Origin: Octopus bimaculoides
Taxonomy: Eukaryota
Assembly (NCBI RefSeq): GCF_001194135.2
Contig: NC_069006.1
Span: 812,069-847,483, forward strand
Length of the DNA: 35,415 nucleotides
Direction of reading: 5' to 3'
Of this stretch, positions 33,764 to 35,415 are shown piece by piece. Position 1 is the stretch's first letter. Each line of letters begins with the position of its first letter. The position numbers and the translations under genes were made by a program. A model generated the notes under the pieces. That model saw only the letters and a list, made by a program, of their open reading frames with translations, made no database searches and had not been told where the DNA came from.

Positions 33764-34294
33764 ATTGATTTGTCATCCAGTTTGTATGTATGTTTGGCTC
33801 TTCTATGTTAGGGTCAGCAAACAACGACCCCCTTCATAGAATCGTTCATAACTTAACCCCAACCCCATCATGTAAATTTCTAAAACAAAATTAAAAAGAA
33901 GAATTAATAAGAAAAAAAATTTTCTTGAATTTAAAACAAAAATTCCTTCACTCTTTAGTGTTAATACCACTTTTTAAGAAGAAATATTTGAGGAAATTTA
34001 ATTAAAATACTTAATGAAATTGATAAAAAAGAACAATAAATATTCAGTCCTATTATTATATTGATACAGTCAGAATGTTTCATGTGAAATATGGGTTTCA
34101 TAAATTCTAGTTACGGCATCGGTTGTCTGGCTGGAAATTTATTTTAGTCTTAAATCTTTGTCTTCTTCCATAAGTAGTTTGCTAATAATTCAGGTGTTAA
34201 TTGACCCCCCCCCCTCTCCTCAGATAGACACATAGACCCTATCCCGGGGTCAGTGTTAATGCTTTGCCAACCCCCTAGGTTAGATGAACGTAGT

Positions 34295-34620
34295 GGAGGT
34301 GCATGGCTTAGTGGTTAGAGTATTCAGTTCATGACTGTAAGGTTACGAGTTCAATTCCTGGTCGAGTGTTGTGCCCTTGAGCAAGACACTTTATTTTACG
34401 TTGCTCCAGTTCACTCAGCTGGCAAAAAGCGAGTTATACCTGTAATTCAAAAGGGGCCAGCCTTGTCACATTCTATGTCATGCCGAATCTCTTTGAGAAC
34501 TGCATGAAGGTACAGATGTCTCGGGAATACTCAGCCACATGCTCATTAATTTCATGGGCAGGCTGTTCTGTTGATTGGATCGACTAAAATCCTCATCATC
34601 ATAACCGACAGAGAGCCAGT
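34295..34620 (+). mobile_element. SINE family C, tRNA-derived, near full length
   Basis: A-box TGGCTTAGTGG (34304-34314), B-box GAGTTCAATTCC (34347-34358), then ccttgagcaagacacttt...gctccag.tcactcagctg. Confidence 0.8.
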
Positions 34621-34667
34621 TGTTTTTTGAGATTAACGTATTATAGGACACCAATCCAATCACTAAC

Positions 34668-34769
34668 CTTTGTCTACACCTCTTTAATGGCCCAAAGTCA
34701 GTGAGCAATTTGTCTACAGGAGTAATGGTAACAACCTCACTGGTTAGTAAGTCAGTGATTTTCAAACAA
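34668..34769 (-). CDS. Candidate 102-nt phase-2/phase-2 exon
   Basis: Acceptor gtttacatttgtag| and donor AAG|gttagt; single open frame CLKITDLLTSEVVTITPVDKLLTDFGPLKRCRQ. Confidence 0.3.
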
Positions 34770-34913
34770 CTACAAATGTAAACACAATGACACACATAAA
34801 AGTTAGCGCCTCCGACTGTTTACCAAGTTTAGTGGTTCAGGCTGACACCTTGGGCAAATGTCCACTGCTGGAATCTTGTGAAAAGATTTGGTGGGCAGAA
34901 ACTGAAAGAAGCC

Positions 34914-34929
<16 letters not shown>

Positions 34930-34946
<17 letters not shown>

Positions 34947-35240
34947 CACAGACATGACTTTGTGGTAAGAAGCTTGCTTCCCAACTACATGGTTCTGGGT
35001 TCAGTCCCACTGCATAGTACCTTGGGCAAGTGTCTTCTATTATAACCATAGGCTGACCAAAACCTTGTGAGTGGATCTGGTAAACGGAAACTGAAAGACG
35101 CCCATCGTATATATAAATATATACGTATATATATATTTACCTGTGTGTGTCTTTGTTTGTCCCTCCACCATCACTTGAGAACCAATGTTGGTGTGTTTAC
35201 ATGTCTAACTTAGAATAAGTACTAGACTTACAAAGAATAA
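34930..35240 (+). mobile_element. SINE family A (head - (TA)n - partial tail), preceded by a truncated head at about 34825-34917
   Basis: tgtggtaagaagcttgcttcc...ggttctgggttcagtcccac...ccttgggcaagtgtcttc...gaaactgaaagacgccc. Confidence 0.8.
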
Positions 35241-35347
35241 GTCTTGGGGTCATGTATTTACTTCTTTCAAATCATGGTTGAGTGCACCTTGGTAAAAAAA
35301 GGCCAGTGGCATGAAACATATTAGATGGAGCTGTAACAATCCCAATT

Positions 35348-35415
<68 letters not shown>

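Noticed and set aside
34295-34365. tRNA-like A/B boxes
   Set aside because: No complete cloverleaf or acceptor stem, and the sequence continues into a SINE body; not a tRNA gene.

Overview
AT-rich, repeat-saturated eukaryotic DNA from a draft assembly with about 11 N-gaps. The repeat inventory (tRNA-derived SINEs, RTE-type 3' tails ending in (GAT)n, Penelope-like relics, very dense di- and trinucleotide microsatellites) resembles a cephalopod, most likely Octopus; this is an inference from pattern recognition, not a database result. No complete protein-coding gene, rRNA, intact tRNA or CRISPR array is supported, and almost all ORFs in the supplied track are microsatellite or N-run artefacts. 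The window contains at least 4 SINE-type families, short LINE 3' ends (R4/Dong-like in (TAA)n, and RTE), Tc1/mariner-like and piggyBac-like MITEs, and several Penelope-like element (PLE) fragments. The most striking object is a 384-bp near-palindromic insertion (12471-12854) flanked by a perfect 14-bp target-site duplication, with one core-complete minimal type-I hammerhead ribozyme motif in each arm, on opposite strands. Four more decayed hammerhead-like motifs from other PLE-type families lie elsewhere in the window. Several short candidate exons with good splice signals exist, mostly on the minus strand, but they cannot be chained into a confident gene model. Coordinates of degenerate repeats are approximate.
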